Below the pieces are notes generated by a model, which ran no database searches, had not been told where the DNA came from, and saw only the letters and a program-made list of their open reading frames with translations. DNA of 64,000 bases from Marsupella aquatica (lineage: Eukaryota; Plantae; Marchantiophyta), in the NCBI GenBank assembly GCA_973895155.1, contig OZ316891.1, forward strand, positions 19,865,048 to 19,929,047. The letters run 5' to 3'. Positions 50,536-64,000 of this stretch are shown here, piece after piece. The translations under genes and the position numbers were made by a program. The number at the start of each line of letters is the position of its first letter. Position 1 is the first letter of the stretch.

Positions 50536-53500
50536 TCAGTCGATTTTCTTCGATCGCTCTTTCTTACGACTTCTTGGGAGCTTTGATGATGCCATCTTTG
50601 GTGGGAAAATATATCTGAGAGAATGCTCCCAGATGTAGCAACTGACAAACATGGCCGCCGCCCAGCCTAGCACCTTACCTCCATACGGTTGAGGAAGTGG
50701 AACTAATCTCAACCAATTATTCAAGCTCCTGAACAGATCAGAGGTTATGGCGGTGAAGAAAATCCCTGCTGATGTAAGAGCAAAATAAAATGGCTTATTT
50801 TCCCTAATGCTTTGATTAAAAGGATGGCCAATGTAGTTCACCGCGAAAGTAGCAACTTGGATCATCATGTTTGCCATGTAGGAGACTGTATTGACAAGAT
50901 TGGGTGAAAATTCTGAGTCTGGCTCGACGCACTCTTCAGGCATGAATTCCCGGGCACCATTCACTACAGTAACGAGGAAGGTGATATGAATTGCAAATTG
51001 GCCAAGGAGGGACAAAATGACATACGCGTTGAAGATATTAGGATGGGGTCGCTGAGCTGAAAGCTTGCCTAAGGGCCTTGCATGAGATATAAATAGGAAG
51101 AATGCTGCTGTAAAGAGACCACTTATTGTAGCTTGCATGTCGCCAAGTTTCACTCCATCCAGATACATCACACTCAAGACATAGGCAGTGGCAAGGCAAT
51201 TCAGACCCAGAATTTTGAACATCTGTAGGGTTGTGACCAAAGTACTACGACCCTGTCTGATGATATCTGTCACCGGTTGAACTGAGGAGTGTTTGGCAGT
51301 GAAGGGTGCAGCCATGGATGCATCCCCTGGCCTTACCATGGGTGCAGACCTCCCATCCCCTTCGGCCCCGAGCTCGTTCACCATCTTTTGGAGCTTTTGC
51401 TTCCGAAGTCTTGCTTGAGCTAGTGACGCACTCTCACCTGCTTGCGTTGCTGTCGATGACGTGGGTTCACTTGGCCCTGCACTTGGCAACCCAGCTTTGA
51501 CTCGCCGAGTTTGATTGGGAGACACAGGAGGCCCAATCTGCATTGCTTCATTAAGACCGGTGTGCGCTGGGATGCCACTCTTCAGGTGTTTGCCCTTCTG
51601 GCTTTGCAAATCAGAAGAATTCCCAGAAGATGGTGGCAGACCTGGACGAGAAAAAATTGTTAACAAAAATTAATTACATTTCCAAGACCAATCTCCCTGC
51701 TCTATGAGAGACAATGGTCAAAGACTTAGCAAACAGTCATGAGTGACCTCTCTTTGTCACTGCAACGACTTGGCGGTCAGATACAGAGAAACTTTATATC
51801 AGCTCAATAAACTCGCATCTACAATGCAAGACTGTGTCGATTCATTTCCGGCACTACCTCCCATACCTCCCTGTTTAACTACGAGTAATCGTTCGTTGTC
51901 TTGTCTATATTGAAAGGGCAATATCTCAGTCGTCTCTTACAATGCTAACGACGAACCGACCTCTAACACCCCACCCCACCCCAACCGACCCGACCCGACC
52001 CGACCCGACCCCAAAGACAATAAGCAATATCTCCCAATCTGGTTACTGAACGTACTCCCTCGCCAGACCTTAATCAGAAATCTACGCAGAGTGGGAAAAC
52101 CGATCAGTCTAGCAATTTCGCCACACTTAGAAGTCTGCAGGTCAGTTCATGGATATCTGGTGCAGATCAGGGGCTATGGTCAGCTCTCTGATTGGTACCC
52201 TGTATTTGCTGACCACTTAGTCTCACTTGCTGAGAACTGTCCATAAATTGTTGGTCATATTACGGAATTGGGTCCCGTGGATTTTCAATTCAGTTCTTCA
52301 CTATGCCTTCACACGTCCTGACATGAATAATTCTTCAACATTTCTTTCAAAGCATCGGCCAGACTGCATTTGGTTGAGATATACATGGTTGATAAAAACG
52401 TTACATCGTTGCGCCCATAAATCAGTTATACCATTAACCAACAGTTGATGTCCCCCTCATTTGTAAACATAAGCATACTCTGACCCGTTCAACAGCTCAT
52501 CCGAGACAGAACTGCAGCCCAATAGATTATGGAACTGCTGTTGGCAATGAGCGAATCAAATTCAGAAGTCCAAAGCTTGGAATATGACATTCAGAAAACA
52601 ACGTTGCTTTGTTTCAGTTCTGTTGTAAAACACATGTACGCTCTGTGCGACTTGAACTTCAGGACAAAAATCCAGCATGTCAAGAGGAAGTTCAGTATTT
52701 ACCAGGAGATGACCCATCATCACTACTTCTCACTCCGGATGACTTTGCTGTGGAGGATGGAGCTTGTTTAACAGGGGGGAGGTGATTAAGCAGGGCGACT
52801 CCAACATGTGCCTGCACATTTCAAGCAGAGAATTTAGTGCGGTAAACACTCAAATTTTAAGGATGTAAGACCGACACGAAAACCAAACAAAGAATATGAG
52901 GCAGCCTTTAGAGGCATGGTGTAATTGAAACCTGTTTGAGCGCACCAACATCATTTGTCCCATCTCCACACATAAGAGCGGTACGTCCGGCAGATTTCAA
53001 CGCTGTCAAAATCAGCTCTTTTTGGTCTGGCGCCACCCTGGCAAAGACCTGGAATACCACATCAAGACCACACTTACGATAAATAAATAATAAATAGACA
53101 ACATAAAACAATAACCGCATGACTTTATGACCAAATTGAATTTCCAACCTTTATTGATGGCAAAATCGACTCGAGTACATTAGTCCGTTGTAGCATGTTT
53201 AGCCCATCGCCGGCAATGCAAATATCATATGTACTCGCTATTTCGACAGCGTCCTCTTCTCTGTAGCAATGAAGAACTGATCAGATGAAAAAGTCGTTGC
53301 TCTTGTAATATACGATGCAGCATATCCCATGAAGCATAGTATCCAGCTGAAACAAACTTGGATCTTAGTCAGAAGGAGAACTGTGCACGTACTTGTATGG
53401 CATACTGATTGATTCATCAGGTGACAGCCAATAGAAAAGTCCATCATGGGAAGCGTCTTCAGAAAGGGTCAGTATCAACGCCGAGCGCGTGATAATGTGC

Positions 53501-56500
53501 ACTTGAGAAGCAATGTGACACGCAGTTAGGGCTTGGTCTCCTGTTATCATAACCTTCAGCAGAACCCCAAAATATCAAGTCAAGTTTAGAAGTAAACAGT
53601 GGAACAGGGCCCAAAAATAGTACCAACAACTTGGACCGACAGTAATGCAATACCAGACTCCGGCATACGGCATAGATCAACCGATTTGCACAATGCTATA
53701 TCCCAACACTTTTTTCTATCTCAATATCAAACCTCCGCATTCATACGTCATTGCAATCTTTCCGATTTTAAACCCAGAAATTTCTCACTAACTTATAGAA
53801 AAGAATAATGGTCTGAAAATGAACTACATTCACAAACCAAGTCATGAGAAGAATCTTGGAGCTCTTTCAGGAGTTCCCTTGAATCAATTCGAAGTGGACA
53901 TGCAAAAACCTGAACAAAAAACATTAAAAATTCAGACTGTTGATATCTCCTACTTTTCTAACGGGGTGAAATCTCTATCTTCGGCTATTTCTCCAAAAGA
54001 GACATTCTTCTACAGATAGGTGTCTCCAGATTGCTACTAAGAAGATAGACAACCCACAATAACTTGGCAAGAGAATATAATTTACTGCGAATCCAGCAAA
54101 TATTAGCTTGCTTTCCACAGTTTCACGGTCCAGACTTCTCGCCTCTCCAACCTGCAAACAAGCAAGACCAAGGATCTCATGCTCAAACGGTATTCAACAT
54201 TTTTGTGTGATTATCACAGGTCCAACTCTTAAAGGTCCATCCATTTCAAAGCATGGACGTATATTCTTGTTCAATTCTTTATTCTTGATTGCGAGTCTTC
54301 TTGAGTAACCAACATACTCCAATGACCACAAAAAATACACACAAAGCGAACATTGGAGCGGTACAAGAACCATGTAGAGGAGCTAGTAGACATCCGAAAT
54401 CTAGACAGTTATTCCACTAAAGGTGTGTTTCCTCTACTGTTTTAGGAAGGGGGGTATTTCAACTGTTGGAAATTTTAGGGAACACATTTATTGTTATATA
54501 TTGTCACCATAAATGGCAAAGCAGTATCATTTCTTCCCACACTCGGTGCATGATAGTAGTGTATGAGTAATAAACTGGAAAGCAATACAAATACAAATAC
54601 CACTGCGGAATTGTTGAAGAAACCGAAAGTAGAAGTATACCGCCATATCTGGAAGGTGTTTGTAAGCTAGTGCTAGTACACGAGACCCCTGCCGAGTGTA
54701 ATGTTTGTAGGCTTCCGCATATCCAGAGTCTACTTCAATTAAGCGCTCTTGAATCGTTTCAGGGGCCCCCTGCAAAGTCCTCCATTCATGAGTGTGACAA
54801 TCCAAGAAGTTCATTTTACAGATCTTAGTACTTCAATCATACGGACTGACTCCAATACAGTTATGAATTTGTTCTCCAGCGCCAATACATTTGACCTTAT
54901 GGAATGTCACATATGGACCGTCTAGGGAAGTTTGAACTAAAAACCAAGTACCACCAATTCAACTTCTCTACAGTGCGCTGAACATGTAAGATAATTTATG
55001 CGCGACGCCTGCTTGGACACGGAGGTTCATTTTCATGAAAATTATAAGTTCAGATATGAGTGCCAAAGATTACAGGAGAGAAATACATACCTTGACCAAA
55101 GAATAAAATGAGTCTTGAACTCTGACAATTACAGACATGCGCTTCAAATGTGATGAGAACTGATGACGATGAATAATCTGTATAGGAGGGTCGCTCCCCC
55201 TACAACCAAATTAAACTTCACTGAGCTTTGTTTGTGAGCATGAGAGCCCACTAATTACGAAGGGCTCACATACCTTCCATTTGATTCTCAACGAAACAAA
55301 AACGAACCAATAGGGCTGACAAGAAACAAAGATGGTGGCCAAAAGCCTTCTGTAGTAATATGCAGAATCCTCTTTGTAGTCCAATAGGTGTCCTCTTGCT
55401 CTCAAAATAAGCTCAATGCCGCCGTAACTCGATCCTATCAAGACCACCTCTCTCAATAAGCGGCAGAACTTACCGGTGAGGTACAGCTCTCTGGTCAGCT
55501 GTGTATGTCCAATCAACGCCCTTCAATGCAGCTTTTTCTAACGGATCCCCCACCTGCATCAAAATCCTCCCCGTAACACTTTCAGTTTCGCCACCCCTCG
55601 GACATGGTTGACTGATTTGCTCTTAAAATGCTCAGTATATGTGCACAACGAGTCGCCAGGACTGTTCTACAGTGCGTGAGGAAGCATACATGCTTCAGAC
55701 ATCCTCAAACATAGCGCTCTATGGAATAGGGGGTAAAAGTATATATTTCCACAAAAGCGAAGAGTCTGTTAACGATTCTATATTTAGAGCCAGACACCGA
55801 TGAACATAACAGATTTTCAGAAACACTAGAATATCACTCAGGAGTTTTCAATCAAAAGAAGAAAAAAGAAGGGGAAAGGGGAAAGGGGGACAAGGAAAAA
55901 AAGGAGGACAGAAAGTTCCTCACAAGTTTGTTGTCAACCAAAACAAGGGCGTGGCACGCTGCAAGTGCTTGAAGAGTGCGAGTTGAAAACTTCTTGGGGT
56001 TTGTCTCCAACCCTATGGTGTCTCCCAAGTTCACAACACCGCGGAATTCCTACAAAGATATAGTGAAGTTAATTTGATCTCCTATTGAGCAATAACAATA
56101 AATGAAGTAGATCCACGGTTCCCTAACGTGAGGCTAACAACCGTCAAATTTATCATTAGGATGAGCACAACACTATGAAATGTATCACAATCTAACTCTG
56201 ACATACATCTAGCTCATCATGAAACTAAATTCCTTTTGCAAAAGGGTTACCAACTGGTACCATGTCATCACTTGTCAGAGTACCAGTCTTGTCGAAGCAA
56301 CACACATCGACCTGCAAACATAAAGCAAACCAAAGTAAGCATACATCCTCTGTAAACACTAATGACCTGCATTAAGACTACAACAGCTTAACGCCGAAAC
56401 CAACATGCTCGGTATGACCATGCACAGAAGGTACTCTAGTCACCATACTCAAGTTCAGCCACAAGTAACATTGCGCTCATGGGCAAATTAAACGTCTTAA

Positions 56501-59500
56501 AACTACCGTCTGTCACCGATACCTCGAAAGTCAACGAAGTGCTTACAGATGGTCTGACAATACCTTTCCAGCAAAAGGAATTCTGAAGGGCTCAGTGCAG
56601 AATATTCCCTTCCTAGCTAGAGCAATCAACGAAGTGTTAACCGCGATTGAGAGTTCCATTGGTAACTCTGGTGGAATGACTGAAGTAATGATTAGGGAAC
56701 AGTTTAGAAACAGTTTATACTTGCTTCGAGTTGGGTCATCCAGGCCCTGCAACGATTACCACTAATGTCAAAAGGAATGCACCAGGCGTTACAACACAAA
56801 CTCGAACAAGTGGCAAGGAACACTTCAAGAAAGCTTCCACATCAGGTTCTTCATATTGCAAATAAACGCACTGACCTTCATCAATACATAGCCAGCTGCA
56901 ATCAGCGCAAAAAACACCAGAAACAGTATGAAAAGTCCACTCTCCCAGTTATTTGCTGTGACCTAGGAAAGCCACAATAACGAAAGATGTTACAATATTG
57001 AAAAGGAAACGCAGGTCCGAATTTCAGATTGAATGCCCTATCTAAATGTTAAATTGAGCCTGTTAGGCGACAAGCAACAAATGACGTTTTCAGTGCCAAG
57101 AGTCATGCCATTCTATTGTAAACGGACATATGTAGGGTATTAACCAGCAATGCGAAGCCAGTAAATCTGAAATGAGAATTGGACGAAGACAAAAGTCTGA
57201 CTCTAAGCCTCACAGGAGGAGTCACTTCGCAACCCAGATTCCACACTTGCAAAGTGTGTATCGCCTCAAGGAATATGAAATTTGCCCGGAGTGATACAAC
57301 ATCAACTCCGTCCTGCTGTCTATGAAGTTGCGAGTGTGCCTTGTCTCTTAAGGCATTGGTCTTCACCTAGCTGAATTAGACTACCTTAAAAAGGTTGATG
57401 GATGTAAGATATCCATATATGTGTCGGGCTTTGATACTTATCCCTGACTCAAGAGTAAATAACTGCCTCAAGAAATTGATACCGAACAAGCAGCACGAGG
57501 TAGCAAATATCCTCTTATTAACATAGATTAGGTGTGTCGGCTGGCAATTTTAGCGCATCAATGATAAAAGGATAACCAAGACTGTCGACGGGAACAGAAT
57601 GGAACCAAGCTACTGTGAAAAGAAACCAGAACCTTGAAAAAATAATCTCATGTCTTCTACAAGCATGAGCCTTTGGCTTAAGCTTTTAGGAAAGAAGAGA
57701 AAGTTCTCCTGGTGACTTAGTCGTGTCGAATTGCAGGTCAGCTATGAAGAAAGAGTTCAATTTACAGCTGAGGCGAGGAAAATACTTTAAAAACGACCAT
57801 CTTAAAATCGGTTAGGCTCCAGGAAACCCAAACAAGTACAGGAGAAAAGCTGTTATCAAATCAAAAGCGTTCCCTACGTGCCAGTTGTTTGCCACTGAAG
57901 TAAGGAATTTACCCTTCCTCCACTCAATCACTTTCACTTGCAAGCTAGCCACATAATCTCCGGGCACTCATAATTGGAGACAGACTGGATAGTGAGATAC
58001 TTAAACAAATTGTGACCCTGAACAATTAATAAATAAAGATCAGTCAAAACGTATTACCCGCTCCGAGGAGAACAATATGGTACGCATTAGCTTTCCTTGA
58101 CTTGTCCCGAAGCCGGTCCGCAATACAACAGCGAGACAACCCCCATCAGGAGTTTTTAAGGGACCCGCCTATAGAAACACAGGATGTATTAGCATACCTC
58201 CAGTCTTGGGCTCTAGTCTTGTCATTCGAGTTAGCACTTCAATAGCCAAAGACTCATGATGAAGAGAAGCTAACAGATATCATAAAGAGACCCACTTTCT
58301 CCGGAATGTGCTGGAATATCTTTGTGCCACCAAATAAAACATGATTCTTGTGCCGCCTTATTGACAACCTTTCTTGAGGCTCTTCGTTCAAAATGGAACC
58401 CTGTGAACAGATTAGAACCAACGAGGGATTCAAGCTTAGTCTCTCCGCTACTTTCTTGGAAAACTGTAAGCGGTTGCAATAAACACCAGGGAATACTAAA
58501 TAATCTCAGCAATAGTGCCTCACTTTCCATTGTGGAGTAGACTCTCCAGTTAGCAGTGCTTCATTCGCGATAGCACTGCCCGAAACCAACAACATGTCTG
58601 CTGGAACTGTTCTCTCTTCACTACCAGGTCCGGTTGGGCGGCCAATTGATACAACATCACCGGGTAAAAGATCCATCCCAGACAGTTTCACCCACCTGGA
58701 AACAGCAGAATCAATGAATAATTAATTCTCCATTACCAAATATATGCCTCACACTAGTTTAGCCCGTCAAATATTCTGAACACTGTCAAAGTCGTGCCAA
58801 AAACTCATGCATAAGAAATGATTCTCTTAGAGGAATGAATTGCAATGGCAGTTCAAGATAACTCAAAGGCAGTGTGAACTGTTTATGGCGAAAGAAATCA
58901 AATTGAGAGCCACAGAAATAACACCTCTCTGATACTCACGTACCCGGGACTGACATCTATTACATGCAAATACAAAAAGTTCTTCACGTACAATTTCCAT
59001 TTGATGTGACTCACAACTGTAAATGACAGTAGGAGCACAGTGGTGACTTTAGTGATCTTTTTACATAGATTAGCTATCATGGAAGTGCACAATCCATGTT
59101 ACCAATGGCCAAATTATTTTACCGGTGACCCTGTACACTTCATTGTTTTCCTAAGATAATGATTCGGCTGAGCAGATGAGAACACTTCCACGTTCCCTTC
59201 TCAGCCGCCTCCGTTGATCTTATAGGTTCTACTTTACAGATCAGACAGGATATATTAGCTCCTGGAGATATACACACGTCATAATGAATAAACTCTAAGT
59301 GGAGAATTCACACATATCCCTAAACACGACACAACACTTCATGATCAAACCGTTCAGGTCCAAGCTTCAATCAAAGAAACTTACTTTCCAGCCCTATGGA
59401 CTATTAGCGTCTGGCTGTCAACTCGAACCCGTCGCAACTCTGCCAAAGTCCTCAGCCGACTCTTGACTACCGTAGACTCAAAGAGTACCAGCATGAACAG

Positions 59501-62500
59501 CGTAAACAGGCTGTAGTACCAATAGTCATCTAAACACCAAAGCCCCACACAAAACACCTGCCATTGGAATTTTGTAAATTTAGAGAACAATGCGACATTG
59601 ATATCAATTCCCACCTCAAATGTGCTAAATCTTTTGCACTTCATCCCCAGGTTTTCCTCTGGACATGAGAGACTGCATCAATCCACATTTAAACCAACAA
59701 AAGATGATTCGAAAGTTTCGGACAATGATGAAAAATTAACTGCATGCACATCATTGACCAACAGGTACTGCTGAGACGATACTATAAACCTAGGGGTGCC
59801 ACAGTTCCCTGACATCACTAGGTAGCAAGACTTCACAGCAAATACAGAATACAAAAGGTCCGCTGCTCTTATTCTGTCACCACTCCAAAGTTTATTTGAT
59901 TCCACACCGACACACACAAAGCAGGAGCCGGAAAGAGTCTAGGCAGCCTTACAATCCCGCTCAACTATTGACAATTAAATTACATAACATTCTAGTTAGG
60001 TGCCAAGAAGATTTGCGCCAAACATGGTCAGTTCAGTGAATCAAATTCGGACAAAGTAGAACGCAATCTTGGAGTTCATATCAGACTATAATCTTCCAAG
60101 TAATCCTTATTTAGGCACCAAAAGGGAGCCTTTCCAGCAGACAACTACTCGTGACCATAGACCTCTTCCTCCTTGTCCCTTTACCCTGGGGATGGAGGTT
60201 ATGGCTTGGGCGAGCAGGAAATGAGTGATATCTTTCCCTCCCCTAAACGAACCTTCAAATTCTAGTCTTATAAACACAAGACAGAGAAAACGCTTAAAAA
60301 AACTTTCTTTTATTTAGTTCTTTTTCTTTTTCGGTTTTTCATTAGGTCAGCAGCGGAATGACGCATCTGTAAGATCAGGAATCGCCGGTCTTCTCTTGCA
60401 TGTGAAAGGAAAACCTACTTAACAATAACGCACTTACTCCGTTGAAAACCTCCCGCCGCCACCCTCTGGCTCTAAGGCATGGTCACATAAATTTGATCTG
60501 GGAATTTGATCTCGTCTTCACATATCACTCAGAAAAGTCCTACCTCGAAGCTCAGTGATAAGATACCCCAAGAAAAGCCCAGCTACAAGTCAGGGATGAA
60601 CACCAGAAAAAGGAAAACAAACCTGGAACACAAAAAATGGCTCCATACAGTGCTCCTTCATAAGCACACCAAAAGTTGGTTGGGGGAACTCAAATCTGCA
60701 ACAAACGGACATAAAACCACAGCCCATCAACCTTATGTTGGCTATCACCCTACGAACATATCACGCATAATTTCAGCAAACACAGAAGATTTCAGCGAGG
60801 GCCATCTAAGACAATACAAAAACCAGGTATATTAAATACTGGATACCCACAAAATAATTGGCAGTCATCCATGATACCAAGGATTCATAAATCTTGCTAG
60901 CTCATCAACATTCTAACCGTCATGCATCAGCATGCATAATTAAACCATGATAAATCGAACCTGGAACAGACCGTCCATAACGGTATGAAATCATCCATCT
61001 TAAAACACAGCCCATCCTTATCCGGAAGCTCACCTTTCTTCCTACTTTAAGAAATTGGGATAAACACCACATGCAAGCCTGAAGACATTCCGTTAAAAGC
61101 ATGCGGAAACGGTAGACCCAAAGCAGTAGATCCGGCACGTACATGTTTCTCCCCCACTTGGTCATCGCTAGCTGGGATTTTGCTTCAGATCCATAACCCA
61201 TCAACTTGCTGTAGATCCCAAAAAGTTCTTTCGATGGATAATCAAGTTTAACAAAGCAATTCACATCCTCTGAGAAGATGAAACGCTGCTTTCGAAACTC
61301 GAATCCAATCTCGTAGTCAACAGGTACTGATGGAGAAGCTGTAGATAGGTGCCTAGTGGCCAGAAGTTGGTGAACATCTCGACGACCAGTGTCTTTTTCA
61401 CCAGCCTGCTACACGAAGCAGACAAGACCTCAACGGAGTATATTTACAAACTTCCGGTAGGACAAGGAGAATTGGATCAATTAATAACAGGAACCCTTAG
61501 AATTCACCCTAACCATGCGAAGGATGGCTTGCGGGAACCCTGTAAGCCTTCAAGGAACGAAATAGGATATCCTTTAAAAGCAAGTAGGGGCTTGGAGACT
61601 GTTATGATTGTGTCCTAAGCGCGTCAAGCCTGAAAGAAGGGTTTTCTATAATAAAAAGAAGTTGAGCAACTATGGTACAAAACAACCACTAATATTTCTG
61701 CCGACCTCAAGTTCTAAACATCGACAAGCCATCTTCACAAAAGACTCCAAAGGAACAACAAAATGTAACTGGCGGATGAAAGGAGGAACTACACTTTCCC
61801 TCTCACAAAAAAAAGGTTAATGAATGGGGCAATTTCCCTTTGGATATATACTACATTTAAACAACTCCTGCCCAGAAACGACCCTAGCAGTAGGCCACCA
61901 AAGTCTAACCTTTGCGGTAGTGCGCTCTGATCAATTTACAGGGGAGATTGCACTTAAGCACTCGAAAAAAATCATATTTCGAGGCTAGTTAATTTCTTCC
62001 ATAGAAAAGCAGATATGAACCTCATTTTCTTCATGTAAAGACGAATTCTGTGCGCGAAATACATGTGAGATCACAGAGTTGAAAAATTGAACATACAATT
62101 TCTCGACGCTCAAGTGAAACAATCTCCTTCGCACCAGAAAACCTTGCCGGAACAACTTTGCAGATATCTGCTGCGTGAACATCCTTCACCTTCACGTATC
62201 AGACGTATGACCGTCAGAGTCATGACATTCAATTGCCATCGTGAGAAGCTTCCAACAATTCAAAAACTGCAATAATGCTATCATGTTTCACGTGCCCTGC
62301 TTCAGTTCCAGAAGCTTACTCGACTTGCAAAAACCTCCTGTAGGTAGAAAGTTATAACAACGCCCTCGAGCCACAATCCTCTGATACTACCTCTCGGCGG
62401 CTCAGAAGTGTCTCATCATCGGATCAGGGAGGAATTCCAAAGAGCATGCCAGAAGAGAACCAATCCACCACTAAATTTGTATTAGTCTGGCGAGTACGTA

Positions 62501-62780
62501 AGAAATGCAGAGGCAGAGTAGCTGTGCGTTTTACCTTGAAGGCGTGCATGAAGCAACGAAAGTCGATAGACCAAACAGTGAATAGGAAGGTGAGGATGTG
62601 CACAAGAACCAAACATAAGAGTACGATTCCGGCATCTCCGATCTCCATCTGCGGCACCGCCATCACCAGCCATGCCAAATACATACCAACGAAGGGCCAA
62701 ACATCTAGTCGCCAAGGCAGAGACCTCCATTTGTAGAGCTCTACCAATCTCACTATCTTGCTTTCCACCCGCACACCCAT
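50536..62780 (-). CDS. PDR2: P5A-type ATPase (PDR2/Spf1/ATP13A1 orthologue), multi-exon
   Basis: N-terminal [25 protein letters not shown] (P5A signature), CFDKTGTLT at ~56300-56275, [28 protein letters not shown] and [12 protein letters not shown] introns at the junctions checked. Confidence 0.97.
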
Positions 62781-63135
62781 ACTGACTAAAGACTTCAAAC
62801 GCAATTCCTACGCCGTCGTCAATCCATCGAGTGGGAAGCTTGCCTCTCGTGAATGTGAGGAAGAACTACGACATGCGCTGCCGTAGTCCTAATGACACGG
62901 CTTGGATGGGAAATCCTTGTTTTGCCTTCGAAGGAAAGGGCTCAGAGACTGAGGAATAATAGTCACAATCCTTCCGTTTGTTTTGCTTTTGGGGAAAGAA
63001 TTTTTCTACGAGTTCGTGAGGGCTCTAGGCGAACAATAGGTCATTCCTCAGTCTGTCTCTTTGTCTGCAATCCATCGCTCTTCTACCGCTCTTTCTTTTC
63101 TCAATCTACCGCTCTTTCTTTCCAAATGTCAGAAG

Positions 63136-63537
63136 CCCTGGCCGTTGGATTATGGTGACAACTTTTCCTGGCTGTTCGATTATTATGGTGATAGTTTTTC
63201 CACACCTTCCATGTCTACCTATGGCTCTTCCTTTCCAAATGTCAGGTGTCCTGGCCTTTGGATTGTGGCGATATTTTTTCCTGGCTGTTGGATTATGGTG
63301 ATAACTTTTCCATACCTTCCATGTCTACCTATGGCTCTTCCAGCCCTGGCCGTTGGATTGTGGTGATATTGTTTCCTGGCTGTTGGATTATTATGGTGAT
63401 AATTTTTCCACACCTTCCGTGTCTATATCTATGGCTCTTCCTTTCCAAATGTCAGGAGCCCTGACCGTTGGATTGTGGTGATATTTTTTCCTGGCTGTTG
63501 GATTATGGAGATAGTTTTTCCACACCTTCCATGTCTG
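63136..63537. repeat. Tandem repeat with ~30-bp subunit (CCTGGCYGTTGGATTRTGGTGATA) and ~100-bp higher-order unit
   Basis: About 8 subunits interspersed with ACCTTCCATGTCTA blocks, upstream of the ATPase start. Confidence 0.9.
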
Positions 63538-64000
63538 ACCTTTTTTTTATCTCCATCCAGCTTGCATCTTGAAATCCAATTGTCAGGCTGACTCACCCAC
63601 TTGTGGCAGGATTAAACTGCCTGATCATCTCACTAATGCTCCACAACATTTTTGCTCAGCATCACTTACCAACGACAATACCATGATGCAATACATGGAC
63701 ATGGGGCTTGTAACCAGTAACAAATGACCCCAGGGCGGCCGCACCGTTATTGTTATAGTTCTTTCTTGTACACTAGCCCAGTGTGTCACACAATTTTTTC
63801 AAGTGGAAGTGTTGCCAATTCGAAGTGAGGGTGGCCAGGTAGTCAGGCACTGTGGGTAGTAGTTGGACTGGCAATGGGATTTTGAAGAGTGTGCAAGTTG
63901 CGGGGAGTGATGAGTGGGGCATTGAAAAGGTGCACATTGGAGCCTTTAGGTGCATCTCACAGTTTGAAGAAAATGCTTCCATAATTTAAGGGCCAGGGAT

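Overview
Eukaryotic genomic DNA from a non-seed land plant; a liverwort/bryophyte is my inference from the genes and TE types. Bases 1 to ~33.8 kb are a nest of mostly decayed transposons. These include a spliced beta-class amino-DNA-methyltransferase-like pseudogene and a Ty1/copia remnant (LTR, tRNA-iMet PBS, gag) split by a ~9.9-kb unclassified insertion. They also include a CACTA element whose transposase region carries a SET-like domain, two related L1-like LINE 3' fragments, a Sola2-like transposase, a Ty3/gypsy integrase-PHD with its 3' LTR, and several tandem repeats. Bases ~35-63 kb hold three intact, intron-containing housekeeping genes on the minus strand: EF1-alpha, organellar leucyl-tRNA synthetase and a P5A-ATPase. 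The most striking unexplained signal lies inside the 9.9-kb insertion: three diverged non-coding modules stacked head-to-tail between (GA)n tracts. Each carries a copy of a ~170-260-nt multi-hairpin, possibly pseudoknotted element with compensatory base changes, a candidate novel structured RNA or ribozyme. Also notable is a 6-phosphogluconate dehydrogenase N-terminal fragment at the start of LeuRS exon 1. All family assignments come from motif recognition by eye; no database searches were run.
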